A stretch of 64,000 nt of DNA from an uncultured delta proteobacterium (lineage in GTDB: Bacteria > Desulfobacterota > Desulfobacteria > Desulfobacterales > SpSt-501). The translations under genes were made by a program, and so were the position numbers. The stretch covers positions 399,767 through 463,766 of the forward strand of contig CAWBSC010000023.1 in NCBI GenBank assembly GCA_963791285.1, in the 5' to 3' direction. Of the stretch, positions 1 to 10,400 are shown piece after piece. Under the pieces are notes generated by a model. The model did no database searches and was not told where the DNA came from. It was given only the letters and a program-made list of their open reading frames with translations. Numbering within the stretch: the first letter of the stretch is position 1; the number at the start of each line of letters is the position of its first letter.

Positions 1-1
1 G

Positions 2-1750
2 CTCAAGTCGATCGACAGCGCGATCGCGTCCTACCGCAAGGCGTCCGAACTGGCCCCGGGCCGGGCGGACATCCTCTACAACCTCGGCCTCGCCTGCCAG
101 GAAACCGGTCGCAACGGCGAGGCCATCGCCTGCTACCGCCGGGCCCTCGACGCCCGCCCGGATTTCGTGGAGGCGCACCACAACCTGGGGATTGCGCTGC
201 AGGAGGCCGGAGAGCTCGACGCGGCCGCGGACGCCTACGGCCATGCGCTCGCCCACCGCCCCGACTACGCCGAGACGCACTACAACCTCGGCCGCCTGCG
301 CCACCTCCAGCACCGCCTGCCCGAGGCGGTGGCGTCCTACGCTGAGGCGCTCCGCCATCGTCCCGACCACCACCAGGCGTGCAACAACACCGGCAAGGCC
401 TGCCAGGACCAGGGGCGGATCGAGGCCGCCATCGCGTGGTACCGCCGAACCCTGAGCCTGAAACCGGACTCCGCCGAGGCGCGCTTCAACCTGGCCACCG
501 CACAGCTGCTGAACGGGGAATACGAGGAGGGCTGGCAGAACTACGAGGCGCGCTGGGCACAATCCGACTGGCGGCGGTTCTACCCTCGTCGTCTGCCGCA
601 GCCCGCGTGGGACGGCGGGCCGCTCGACGGCAAAACCATCCTGGTGCACTCGGAGCAGGGGCTGGGAGACATGCTCCAGTTCGCGCGCTACCTCCCCATG
701 GTCAAGGCGCAGGGCGGCCGTGTCGTGTTCGAAACCCGAGCCGCCTTGATCGAGCTGTTCCGCGGCTGGGCCTGCCTGGACGACGTCGTGCCGATCACTC
801 CACCGGAAGCGGAGCTTAAGATAGAATTCGACGTCTATGCACCTCTGCTCAGCCTGCCGCGCCTGTTCGGCACGGTCCTGGACTCCATCCCGCGCCGGAT
901 TCCCTATGTGGCCGCAGATCCTGGGCGGGTCTCGGCCTGGGCCCCCCGCATCCAGGGCGATGACTTGCGGGTCGGACTGGTCTGGGCCGGGACGGCCACC
1001 GATCCGCGCCGCGCGACGCCCCTGGCCTGGTTCGCCCCGTGGTCGACCATCCCCGGCGTGCGGCTGTTCGGACTCCAGAAGGGACCCGCGGCGGACCTGC
1101 TGGAACGCGAAGGCCCGCCGCCGGGGATGACGATCGACAACCTCGGGCCCGAGTTCGGGGACTTCGCCGATACGGCGGCGGCCATCGCTCACCTGGACCT
1201 GGTGGTGTCCATCGACACGTCGGTCGCCCACCTGGCCGGCGCCATGGGCAAACCCGTCTACCTGCTCCTGCCCCATGTGCCGGATTGGCGCTGGCTGCTC
1301 GACCGCACGGCCAGCCCCTGGTACCCGACCATGCGGCTCATGCGGCAGGACTCGCCCGCGGACTGGGCGGCCCCCATGACCCGGGCGGCCCGGGGGATCG
1401 ACACCCTGGCGCGCAGCCTCGCGCTCGCACGGTCGGCCTCCGGAGATGACGGCCTCCAGGCTGGGGCCGCGCACTTCCACAAGCGGGGCGATGCGGTCGA
1501 GGCCACGCTTTTCTACCAGCGCCTGCTGCGCGAGCGCCCCGATCACCCGGAAGGCCTGCACGGCCTGGGGCTGCTGGCCTACCAGGCGGGGAACCCCGAG
1601 CGTGCGGTCGATCTCATCGGGCGTGCCGCGGCGCTCTCCCCTGCCGTCGATCGCTACCACTACCATCTCGGCCTCGCGCTCGCGGCCGTGCAGCGTCACG
1701 ACGCAGCGGAAAAGGCCTTCTCGGTGGCGTACGCTCTCAGCCCGGGATAG
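2..1750 (+). CDS. TPR-repeat protein with central GT9 (heptosyltransferase-like) glycosyltransferase domain; 5' end lies outside the window
   Basis: The frame of ORF 167..1750 stays open to the window start (LKSIDSAIASYRKASELAPG...). TPR-type repeats occur at both ends. Central motifs LVHSEQGLGDMLQFARYLP and SIDTSVAHLAGAMGKPVYLL are typical of the GT9 fold. Confidence 0.8.
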   Translation, partial: LKSIDSAIASYRKASELAPGRADILYNLGLACQETGRNGEAIACYRRALDARPDFVEAHHNLGIALQEAGELDAAADAYGHALAHRPDYAETHYNLGRLRHLQHRLPEAVASYAEALRHRPDHHQACNNTGKACQDQGRIEAAIAWYRRTLSLKPDSAEARFNLATAQLLNGEYEEGWQNYEARWAQSDWRRFYPRRLPQPAWDGGPLDGKTILVHSEQGLGDMLQFARYLPMVKAQGGRVVFETRAALIELFRGWACLDDVVPITPPEAELKIEFDVYAPLLSLPRLFGTVLDSIPRRIPYVAADPGRVSAWAPRIQGDDLRVGLVWAGTATDPRRATPLAWFAPWSTIPGVRLFGLQKGPAADLLEREGPPPGMTIDNLGPEFGDFADTAAAIAHLDLVVSIDTSVAHLAGAMGKPVYLLLPHVPDWRWLLDRTASPWYPTMRLMRQDSPADWAAPMTRAARGIDTLARSLALARSASGDDGLQAGAAHFHKRGDAVEATLFYQRLLRERPDHPEGLHGLGLLAYQAGNPERAVDLIGRAAALSPAVDRYHYHLGLALAAVQRHDAAEKAFSVAYALSPG

Positions 1751-1921
1751 AAGGACGCACGCGTCAACCGCGAACGCGCCCGCCGATAGATCCGCATCCT
1801 CCGCGCAGCGGCTCCATGCACCGGACGCACCGGTCACGCCGGCATTCTTCCAGAAGAATTTACCGTGTTCAAACGCGGGCAGAGCGGGATTGGGCGAAAC
1901 GCGGGTTACGGAGGATCGGAA

Positions 1922-3292
1922 TCAGCAGGAGGGAACGGCAGAGAGGGTTTTCGAGGCGGAAGCGTGGGGGGCGGACTGGCGCGGGGAACATCTCATCAGG
2001 CGGCGGCCGAGCTCTTCCTGCCCCGCGGCCGCCAGGGTTCGGGCCAGCTCGCGAAAGGAAACCGGCAGCATTGGGCCCAGGGCGGTTGCGCCTATCGGCT
2101 CGAGGGTCGCTGCGCATCTCTCCGCCTCGGCGTCGCAGGCGTAGGCGGCCGCCAGCAGGAAACGGGCGTGGACGTAGTCGGGAGCCTGCGCTATCAGGGG
2201 CTCCAGCACCGCGACGGCCCGGGCAGCGCCGCCGCAATGCAGCGCGGCCAGCGCCAGGTTGACGTGGGCCTCACGCATCGTGGGCGCGCACCGCAGGGCC
2301 GATTCGGCGCACCGCACGGCCTCGTCGTAGCGGCCCAGCTGCAGGCAGGCGGCGCCCATGTTCACGTAGGCTTCCGGTGAATCGGGGTGGCCCTTTAAAA
2401 AGCGGCCCCAGAGGTCGACCGAGTCCGCGTGGCGGCCCATCCGCGCGGCCTGGATGGCCGCCTCGCGCAGGCTTGCGGGCCGGTCGGTCGGCTCCTGGAG
2501 TTTCCGCCTTTCGAGCTCCGAGTAGGTCCGGGTCTTGCGCAGGGCCTGCTCGGCCTGCAGGGGCCCATAGTGGTGAACCTGCAGCTCGCATGCCTGAATG
2601 GGAATGCCCGCCTCTCTCAGGCTGTGCTCGACGAGCTCATGGACGGGGTGGCGGAACGCGACCCCCGGGGTTCTGGGAAACACCCTCACCTTCTCGCTCG
2701 GGAACCAGCCGGCGCCCGCCTCCTGCTCCGCGTACTCACCCGTGTTGGGCCGCCATCCGACGGTGTTGAGCTCGGAGGTGTAGTTGCGGGTCCGCACGGT
2801 GAACGCAGACGTCGGGGGACCGGCAACGATCTCGCGAAAGCGGCCGTAATCCTGCGGGGAGACGACTTCATCCCCGTCCAGCACGAGGATCCAGTCGCCG
2901 GACGCCTTGGAGATCGAGGCATTGCGCGCCTCGGAGAAATCGTCGCGCCACGGATGCTCGTAGACCCGGGCGCCGAACGCCCGGGCGATGTCCGCCGAGC
3001 GGTCCCGGGACCCGGTGTCGACCACGACGATTTCCTCCACGATCGGCTTGGCGCTGCGCAGGCACCGCGCCAGGTGGTCCGCTTCGTTTTTGACAATCAT
3101 GCACAGCGAGACGCAGGGGGGGCGCAGGCAGGCGGGCGGCCGCAGTTTCGAACGCACCGCCAGCGCCGCGTCGAGCAGGCCGTCATCGATTTCGAAATCC
3201 ACCATGGCCGACTCGATCTCAGTCATGGCGGATTCAAACCTCTCCCGACGCAGGAGCATCTCGATAAGCAGAAAGCGCAGCCGACGATTCAT
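1922..3292 (-). CDS. Family 2 glycosyltransferase with C-terminal TPR repeats
   Basis: 456-aa ORF. GT2 core VSLCMIVKNEADHLARCL...VVVDTGSRDRS...LVLDGDEVV, followed by TPR-like repeats. The start lies 4 nt after the upstream stop (operon packing). Confidence 0.85.
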   Translation of the reverse strand: MNRRLRFLLIEMLLRRERFESAMTEIESAMVDFEIDDGLLDAALAVRSKLRPPACLRPPCVSLCMIVKNEADHLARCLRSAKPIVEEIVVVDTGSRDRSADIARAFGARVYEHPWRDDFSEARNASISKASGDWILVLDGDEVVSPQDYGRFREIVAGPPTSAFTVRTRNYTSELNTVGWRPNTGEYAEQEAGAGWFPSEKVRVFPRTPGVAFRHPVHELVEHSLREAGIPIQACELQVHHYGPLQAEQALRKTRTYSELERRKLQEPTDRPASLREAAIQAARMGRHADSVDLWGRFLKGHPDSPEAYVNMGAACLQLGRYDEAVRCAESALRCAPTMREAHVNLALAALHCGGAARAVAVLEPLIAQAPDYVHARFLLAAAYACDAEAERCAATLEPIGATALGPMLPVSFRELARTLAAAGQEELGRRLMRCSPRQSAPHASASKTLSAVPSC

Positions 3293-3296
3293 GCCG

Positions 3297-5105
3297 TCAC
3301 CATGTCAGGCGCTGCTCAAGGTGCCCCAGGAGCTGAAGGGCTCTGGCGGATGTCGTGTGATGCGCCAGCAGATGGCGGTAACCGGCCGCGGCCACCTGCT
3401 CGGCCTCTTCGACGTGCGCACGGTAATACTGCAGCTGGTCCTCCAGCTCTGGCAGGTCATCAAAAAAAACTGCCGATTGTCCATCGATGAAATTGCTCGG
3501 AATACGGATCGGCGGATGTTCAGCCAGCAGCATGGCCCCATGCGCAGGAATTTCCCAATACCGAACGGTGTCAAACCCGGTTCCGAAAAACGAGAGCCCG
3601 ATTCGAGCCGAACGCAACCGCTCGGCGTACTCCGCCTGAGGGTAGCACGCTTGCAAGTGCCGGCCCAGCATGCGCTCGATCGCGGCCAGGTAAAGGGGAC
3701 GCAACCCCCAAACCGGCTTTCCCGCCCAGAACACGTCGAGGTTGCGTTGGATCGGTCCCCGCACCGGAATCAGGGTGTCGGGGTAGCCGAACGGCAACGG
3801 AATGGTTTTAGACCCGTAGTCTACTCCAGCGAGCATCTCCCGTTTGAACAGCACATCGATCGGCTTGCCGCCGATGTAGTTCGAAATCACATCGACGGGC
3901 GTGCAGCAGTTGTCCCACGTGTCGTAAACCACCAACGGCAGATCGCGGCCAGCCTCCATGATCCGCTGCACATCGGACATCCGCGTCATTTGCACCACAT
4001 CGGCATACAGAATCAGGTCAAAACGCCGGTCTCGGAGTTCCGATAGGATGGATACCAGAGGCACCGGTGACGACGCATGGTCGAAGACGCAAGGATAGTT
4101 GTGAGCGTTGTCCGCAGCACGGCCGTGAAGCATCGGCTTCCAGGGGTACTCCACAACGTTTTCTGAACCGATGGCCCGCACCAGAGCATCGAAAATAGTG
4201 TCCATCCCATAATCCGAATGATCATGGGTCAGAACGAGAATCCGCGGCGCCCTTCTGACCCCGCTCCACGTGACCGCATTCTCCATAGCCGACGGGCTGT
4301 CGCATGCCTGCGGCAATGCATCGAGATACCGTTGGCATTCAGGGTCGGGCGAGACATGAAGAACCGATCTCAACGTGCGCCGAGCCATGGCAGTATTGCC
4401 TATGTGCCGCCAGAACCCCGCCTCGCGGCAATACGCTGGATGGTGGTGCGGCAGCGCCGATGTGATCTGTGCGAACTCGCGCCGAGCTTTGAAATAAAGT
4501 TTGTGCAATGGCTGATCGGCCGGCAGTGCCTGCTGCCAGGCCAGATATAGCTTCTGTTTTTCGGCTGCCACATAAGCCAAGTTCTCGTCGGTGTGGAGCA
4601 GCTCGAACGGGATGTCCTCGAGGACCGCTATGGCATGTTGGAATTGTCCATCCCGTGCAAGCGCACCAGCATGCGCGGCGGGGTTGTAGGCGCAACGAAC
4701 CGCGACAACCCTTATAGCGGCAGCCTCTCCGGCCTCCGGTTGCAGGTGCACGGTTTTGAACCGCAACAGCCCATGCCGGTGCAGCAGCAGGTCCAATTCG
4801 CTCAGGAGGTCCCCTTCGGCGCCGTTCCGGGTGACAAAGCTTATCCTCCCGTTAGGGCCCAGGAACTGAAGCAAATAGGCCAAGTCTATGCGACGGTCGA
4901 CTCTGCCGGTTACGGGGTCGATCACCATGCAATCGAATTCGGCGTTACCCAACGCCGCGGAGCCGGCGGCCGGCATGCTTGGCAGGTACCAAACCCGGCC
5001 CCTCTGAGCGTATTGCTGCCTGCAGGCACCGGACGGGACGGCGCCGATATGCAAAATGCGGTCGATGAAAGGGGGGATCATTTCACCGCAGGCATTTGCC
5101 GTCAT
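3297..5105 (-). CDS. CgeB-like glycosyltransferase (Glyco_trans_1_2 type C-terminal domain) with N-terminal degenerate methyltransferase-like region
   Basis: 602-aa ORF. The C-terminus (GTGFDTVRYWEIPAHGAMLLAE...FFDDLPELEDQLQYYRAHVEEAEQVAAAGYRHLL) matches the pattern I recall for the CgeB/DUF3880 family. Confidence 0.7.
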   Translation of the reverse strand: MTANACGEMIPPFIDRILHIGAVPSGACRQQYAQRGRVWYLPSMPAAGSAALGNAEFDCMVIDPVTGRVDRRIDLAYLLQFLGPNGRISFVTRNGAEGDLLSELDLLLHRHGLLRFKTVHLQPEAGEAAAIRVVAVRCAYNPAAHAGALARDGQFQHAIAVLEDIPFELLHTDENLAYVAAEKQKLYLAWQQALPADQPLHKLYFKARREFAQITSALPHHHPAYCREAGFWRHIGNTAMARRTLRSVLHVSPDPECQRYLDALPQACDSPSAMENAVTWSGVRRAPRILVLTHDHSDYGMDTIFDALVRAIGSENVVEYPWKPMLHGRAADNAHNYPCVFDHASSPVPLVSILSELRDRRFDLILYADVVQMTRMSDVQRIMEAGRDLPLVVYDTWDNCCTPVDVISNYIGGKPIDVLFKREMLAGVDYGSKTIPLPFGYPDTLIPVRGPIQRNLDVFWAGKPVWGLRPLYLAAIERMLGRHLQACYPQAEYAERLRSARIGLSFFGTGFDTVRYWEIPAHGAMLLAEHPPIRIPSNFIDGQSAVFFDDLPELEDQLQYYRAHVEEAEQVAAAGYRHLLAHHTTSARALQLLGHLEQRLTW

Positions 5106-5151
5106 AATTTCCTGCCCTAAAGCGGGTCGTGGCGTACGGAGATCGCACGGA

Positions 5152-6582
5152 TCATGCGGCCTTGGAGGCGGCTGCCAATCGGTCCAGTTCCCGGCCGGCT
5201 TCGACGTTCCAGGGCTCGATTTCGAGCATGCGCTCGAAGAAGGTCCGCCCGTCCTCCGGTCGGCCGAGCGCCAGACAGAGCCTGCCCGTCGCGTGGAGGG
5301 TTTCCAGGTCCTCCGGGTAGGCGCTCAGGACGTCCACGTAGATCTTCAGGGCGTCTTCGTAGCGTCCGAACCCGACCCAGTAGCAGTCCGCCAGGTTCTT
5401 CTGAAACGTCAAGTTGGACGGTTCGAGGCGCGCGGCCTTCTCGTAACGCTCCAGGGCCTCCTGCCGGTCGCCGGCCTGGTAGGCGAGCACCCCCAGGTCG
5501 TTGTGGGCCAGCGCGAAGCCCGGGTGCGCGGCGACCATCTCGCGCAGCCGGTCCCGTCCGGCGCCCGTATCGCCGGCGGCGATCAGGCGCGCGGCGTCCT
5601 CATAGCTCGCCTGGGGTGAGGCGACGGCTGCGGCCGTATCGACCCGCGGCGCCCGGAGCTGGTTCAATGCGTCGTGGGCATCGGTGTTCCAGGGTTCGAG
5701 CTCCAGAATCCGTTCGTAGAACACCCGGGCGTCCTCACCCTGCCCTAATGCGGCGCAGACACGGGCCACTGCGGTGAGCGCTTCGATGTCCTGAGGGGAG
5801 TCCTCCAGCACACGGACATAGATCTTCAGGGCGTCCTCGGTGCGGCCCTGCTCGACCCAGTAGAAATCGGCGAGGTTCTTCTGGAATGTGCCGTTGCCCG
5901 GCTCCAGCCGGGCGGCCTGCTCGTAGTGCCGCAGCGCCCGGTCCTTGTCCCCCGCCTGGTAGCACATCACCCCGAGATCGTTGTGGGCCGCCGCGAATTC
6001 GGGATGCGCGGCAACCAGTTGCTCCAAGCGGGTTCGCGCCGCCGCCGTGTCGCCGCCCTGGACGAGGCGCTGCGCGTCGGCGTATAGCTCCTCCGCACCG
6101 CTCCGGCCGGCAGCCCCGCCCAGGATTCGCTGGATCTTCGCGAGGTTCTCGTTCGCTTCGGTGTTCCAGGGCTCGACGTCCAGCACCTTGCGATAGTGCA
6201 CGGCTGCTTCGGCGAAGCGCTGCAGGCTGACGTGAAGATGGGCCGCGGTCATCTGGATCGTCGTGTCGTTCGGCCGGATGGCCAGGATCCGGACGTACAG
6301 CGCGAGGGCGTCTTCGACACGCGAGAGCTCCACGTGGTAGTAATCGGCCAGGCTGGTCAGGAAGGTTGCGTCGCCGGGGTTTAGGTGGGCGGCGCGCTCG
6401 AAATGCCCCAGCGCCTTCTGCCCGTCCCCGGACCGGTAGTACAGCCCGCCGAGGTCGTGGTGCGCATCGGCGAAATCCGGGAAGGAACGCACCACGTTCC
6501 GCAGCGCCTGAAACGCGTCTTCGGGGCGAGCGGCCTGGAGCAGGGGCCGCATGTTCTCGTACATGTGTTCGATCGGCAGCAT
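5152..6582 (-). CDS. TPR-repeat protein built from three tandem ~160-aa modules
   Basis: ORF 5152..6687. The preferred start is ATG 6582, preceded by AGGAGG (revcomp of tcctaagggg region). Three colinear modules each end in ...EPWNTxA (HDLGGLYYRSGD..., HNDLGVMCYQAGD..., HNDLGVLAYQAGD...). Confidence 0.8.
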   Translation of the reverse strand: MLPIEHMYENMRPLLQAARPEDAFQALRNVVRSFPDFADAHHDLGGLYYRSGDGQKALGHFERAAHLNPGDATFLTSLADYYHVELSRVEDALALYVRILAIRPNDTTIQMTAAHLHVSLQRFAEAAVHYRKVLDVEPWNTEANENLAKIQRILGGAAGRSGAEELYADAQRLVQGGDTAAARTRLEQLVAAHPEFAAAHNDLGVMCYQAGDKDRALRHYEQAARLEPGNGTFQKNLADFYWVEQGRTEDALKIYVRVLEDSPQDIEALTAVARVCAALGQGEDARVFYERILELEPWNTDAHDALNQLRAPRVDTAAAVASPQASYEDAARLIAAGDTGAGRDRLREMVAAHPGFALAHNDLGVLAYQAGDRQEALERYEKAARLEPSNLTFQKNLADCYWVGFGRYEDALKIYVDVLSAYPEDLETLHATGRLCLALGRPEDGRTFFERMLEIEPWNVEAGRELDRLAAASKAA

Positions 6583-6679
6583 GTCTTGCCTCCTAAGGGG
6601 TTTGGCATCGCGCATACGGATGCGCGGGGAGTGGTAACGCTGGGACAGACTACGGATGCGCCTGCGGTGCATGGGAGAT

Positions 6680-7468
6680 TCATGCAAGATTCAGTCCCGC
6701 CATGCGGTTTGCGGGCTGGACATCGGGGATGCGGCGGAGGATTGCGCCGTCCCGTGCGGCCCGCCGATAGGCGGAGAGAATACGCGCGTCCTCGAGCGTC
6801 TTGAGGTCGCGGTGGCGGTGCTCGACGCTGTCGGGCCGGGACAGGTAGAGCCCGAGCGGCTCCCGGATGTGGTGGAATGAGTGGGTCTGGGAAATCCGCA
6901 GCCAGAATTCGAAATCGCCGGAAGAGACCAGGCTCTCGTCGAAGTATCCGTATTCCGCATGCACGCAGCGCCGCCACATGGGCTGGGGGCCGATGAAGCA
7001 GCCCTGCGTCAACAGCGTGTCGCGGTTCCAGTCGTGCCAGCTGAGGACCCGGGTCGGGGTGCAGCGGTCGAAGGTTTGGTTTTCGGCGACCGTTTCCACG
7101 ACATCCGCGTAGACCAGCGCCACGTCCTGCCGCAGCTCCAGCACCCGGCCCATGCGCTCGAACGCATTGGCCTTGTGGCGATCGTCGGTGTTGGCGTTGG
7201 TGAGGTACGTCCCCCGCGCCATGCGGATGGCCCGGTTCCAGGCGGCGTAGACCGTCTCCCGGCGCTCGGTGCGGGTGTAGCGGATGCTGGGGTAGCGTTC
7301 CTGCCAGCGGCGGACGATGGCCCCCTCGCCTTCCTCCGACGCACTGTCGACGACGATGATCTCGATCCGGTCGGCGATGGTCTGCGCTGCGAGATCGACC
7401 AGGCACCCCTCGATGAAGCGAGCCGAGTTGAACGTCGAGATGATGGCGGAGACGAGGGGGGGATTCAT
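6680..7468 (-). CDS. Family 2 glycosyltransferase
   Basis: 262-aa ORF. VSAIISTFNSARFIEGCL...IIVVDSASEEGE...NANTDDRH is a GT2 signature. There is a 4-nt ATGA overlap with the upstream gene. Confidence 0.85.
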   Translation of the reverse strand: MNPPLVSAIISTFNSARFIEGCLVDLAAQTIADRIEIIVVDSASEEGEGAIVRRWQERYPSIRYTRTERRETVYAAWNRAIRMARGTYLTNANTDDRHKANAFERMGRVLELRQDVALVYADVVETVAENQTFDRCTPTRVLSWHDWNRDTLLTQGCFIGPQPMWRRCVHAEYGYFDESLVSSGDFEFWLRISQTHSFHHIREPLGLYLSRPDSVEHRHRDLKTLEDARILSAYRRAARDGAILRRIPDVQPANRMAGLNLA

Positions 7469-10400
7469 GCTCGCGGCACTGGGTTCGCCGAAGGCGCGGC
7501 TCGGTCGGGTCGCGTTCCCGCGGGCGATGGGGCATGGGGGGAATCGCCCCGGAACAGCCGCTGCAGCGCCCGGGAAACTCTTCGGCCGTAGAGGGCCGGG
7601 TTCAGGAAGTCCGGGGTCAGGCTCATGCGCGCGCGAATCCGGCTGCGCAGCGCCTGCCGCAGCGATGCGTCGCGGCCGAGTCGCACGGCTAGCTGGACAT
7701 ATTCGTCTTCGCCGATCGCGACCATCTCCGGAACGCCCAGTTCCCGCAGCATGGCGGCCCCCTGAGCGAAACGCAGCGCGCCGCCGTCGGCGACCGCCAT
7801 GGGAATGTCGGCTCTCAGCGGATCAAGGAGAGAGGTGGCGCCGTTGTAAGGGACGGCGTCCAGATAGACGTCGGCCATCCGGTTGAGGGCGTCGATGCAT
7901 GCACGGTCCGGCATTGAGTCCAGGACGACCAGGCGCCGGGGGTCCACCCTTTTTTCGGAGAGCGCCCTCCGGTACATCCCGGTCATGGCGGCGCGGGGAT
8001 AGATGTCTCCCCACGCCGGACCGAAGGGGTAAAGCACTAAAGAGCTCCCCGGCGTCCGCTCCAGAACCGTCGCCCAAGTACGCATCAGCTCGGGCAAAAT
8101 CTTGAAACAGTTGGCCCCGGAGATGAACAACGTACCGTTGCCCGGGATGCCCAACTCCTCGCGCGACACGTCGATCCTCCGGGGCTCCGGCTGCTGCGTC
8201 AGGTCGAAACAGAGGCCCGATCCTTGGACGGTCAGCAGGGCTTCCGAGAACCCGGACTCTTCCGGGAGTCCGGCGGCGATCGACTCCCCCAGCAGGAAGA
8301 AGTCGACGTGGCGGGATCCCGACGAAACCGGACTGCAGAAATGGACCCCCTGGCGCCGTGCGATCCGGTGATGCGCCAGAATGACCTCGTGGGTGCATCC
8401 GGCCGTGATGTTGTTGCCGAAGAACAGAATATCCAGGTCGGCTTGCCGCATAAGCGCGATACTGGCCTTCAGGTCCCCCGGGAGAACGGTGAGCGAGTCG
8501 GCGTGCTGCCGCGCGTAGTGTTCCAGGGGATCGTGCGTGCGCCGCAGGACGAAGAGATGAACTTCAAACGCCTCCCGGTCGAGGCCGGTAAAGACGGGAA
8601 GCGTGGCAAACACCTCCGAGTGCGGCCGAATGGATCTCAGGTAGACGCCCAGGCGCAGCCGCTGCCGACGGTGCACCCGCGATGCGCAGGGAGCGTCGAC
8701 CGGGCTGCCCGCCCGCCGGAGCACGTACTCCATTATCCGGCCGCGCCGGGCATAGAACGGCCCGGGATCCCGATCGGAGAAAAACAGCTGCATGGGGTTG
8801 GCGGAGTTCAGGAACTCCGACGCCTTCCGGTACGACTCCGGGGATTGCGGATCGGCCTGGGTTTCAGCATGGACCTCTTCGGTGAGCCGCAGCAGATAGT
8901 CGCGGTAGGCGTCGACCTCGCCCGGCTTCTCGAAATACGACGGCCGCGCCAGCCGGTAGCGGAAGACGTCCTCGCGGAGCCAGTCGGGGACCGCGAACTT
9001 CAGGCCGTCGAGGCGGAGCGGCGACAGGTAAATCATGGCCGGCGGCAGGAGCCGCTGAACATGGGCCGCGGATGCCGCTTCGGCGAGCTCTTTCCGCAGA
9101 AGTTCGGCAAGGATCTGCTCCCGGGGCGACAAGGTTCGCGGCAGACTCAGCTGACTCAGGAGCTTGCGGGTCGCGTCGAGGACGCCGCCTAATCTTCCCG
9201 TGGCTATTCCGGTCAGGTCGGATTTGAGCCACACCCGGGCGAGAAACGCCCGCTGCCGTGCTCGGGCCTCGGTCCAGTCGTTGCCCCCGTCATGAGCCGC
9301 GCCGGGACGACCGGGAGCGGTCGACCCCGCAGAGGCGACGGACGCGCCCGCCGAGTCGGCCGGAGCAGCCGATTCGTCCCGATGGCCGTCTTCGGGCAGG
9401 GACGCCTTGAACACTTCGGCGTCGAGGAAGGCGCGGGTGAGGACGCTGTCGGGCATCGCGGCCATCGGGAACAGGCGGAGGTCGCGTCTGCCGGTGGGAT
9501 GGCTCGCCAGGCGTTCGTCGTAGACCGATCGGTATGCCGATAGGACGCGGTCCAGGTCGAATGTCGCCGTCGCGTGGCGCCGGGCCTCACGCGAGTAGGC
9601 CTCGCGGGCGTCCGGGTGCCGGATCAGAAATTCCAGGGACCGCAGCAGCCCCTGAATGTCCTCGTCTTCCACCAGGCATCCGTTCCGGCCGTCGAGCACC
9701 AGCTCCGGGATGCCGCCGATCCGGAACGACACGACCGGGACGCCGCAGGCGAGCGCCTCGATGACCACCAACGGGCAGTTGTCGGCCCTGGGCGTGTATA
9801 AAAAGACGTCCATCGCGTTCAACGCAGCGGCAACGTCCGGCTCGTTGTCGAGGTGCCCGGTGCTGACGACGCCCGGGACCTCAGGGGTCCGAGGCGCCCC
9901 GGCGTTTAGAAACACCAGACCGGGATGACTTCGTCGCATCTCCTGCAGGGTGCGTTGGAGGTGGTGCCCGCCTTTCCAGGCGTTGACCAGCGCCCCGCCG
10001 TGGGACAGGCAGCCGACGACGACTGCGGTGTCCGGGATGCCGAACCGGGCACGGGCCGCAGATCGCTCCGTCGGCTTGAAGACGTCGCAGTCGACCCCGT
10101 TGGCGACAAGCGTGACCGGGTGGTCGCGCAGGATGCTACGCTCCACTTTCTGCTGCAGCCAGCGGGACGGAACGACGATGTGCAGCTTCGAATGCGCGTA
10201 GATCAGTTTCTTGTGCACCCACAGCTCCGCGGTCCGGTCCGTCCAGACACCGGGCTGCGTGTCCGGATAGGGGCACCCGCCGCACCCCGACAGCCATTTC
10301 TCGCAGTCGAATGCGTGGGCGCAGTGCCCGGTGATGGCCTGCATGTCGTGCAGCGTCCAGACCGTCGGTTTCTGGTGCGACAGGACGGAGAGCGAGAACG

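Noticed and set aside
1844-1859. ATTCTTC-CA-GAAGAAT palindrome between the convergent genes, considered as a terminator
   Set aside because: The 2-nt loop cannot form a stable hairpin and there is no T-tract. It was not called as a feature.
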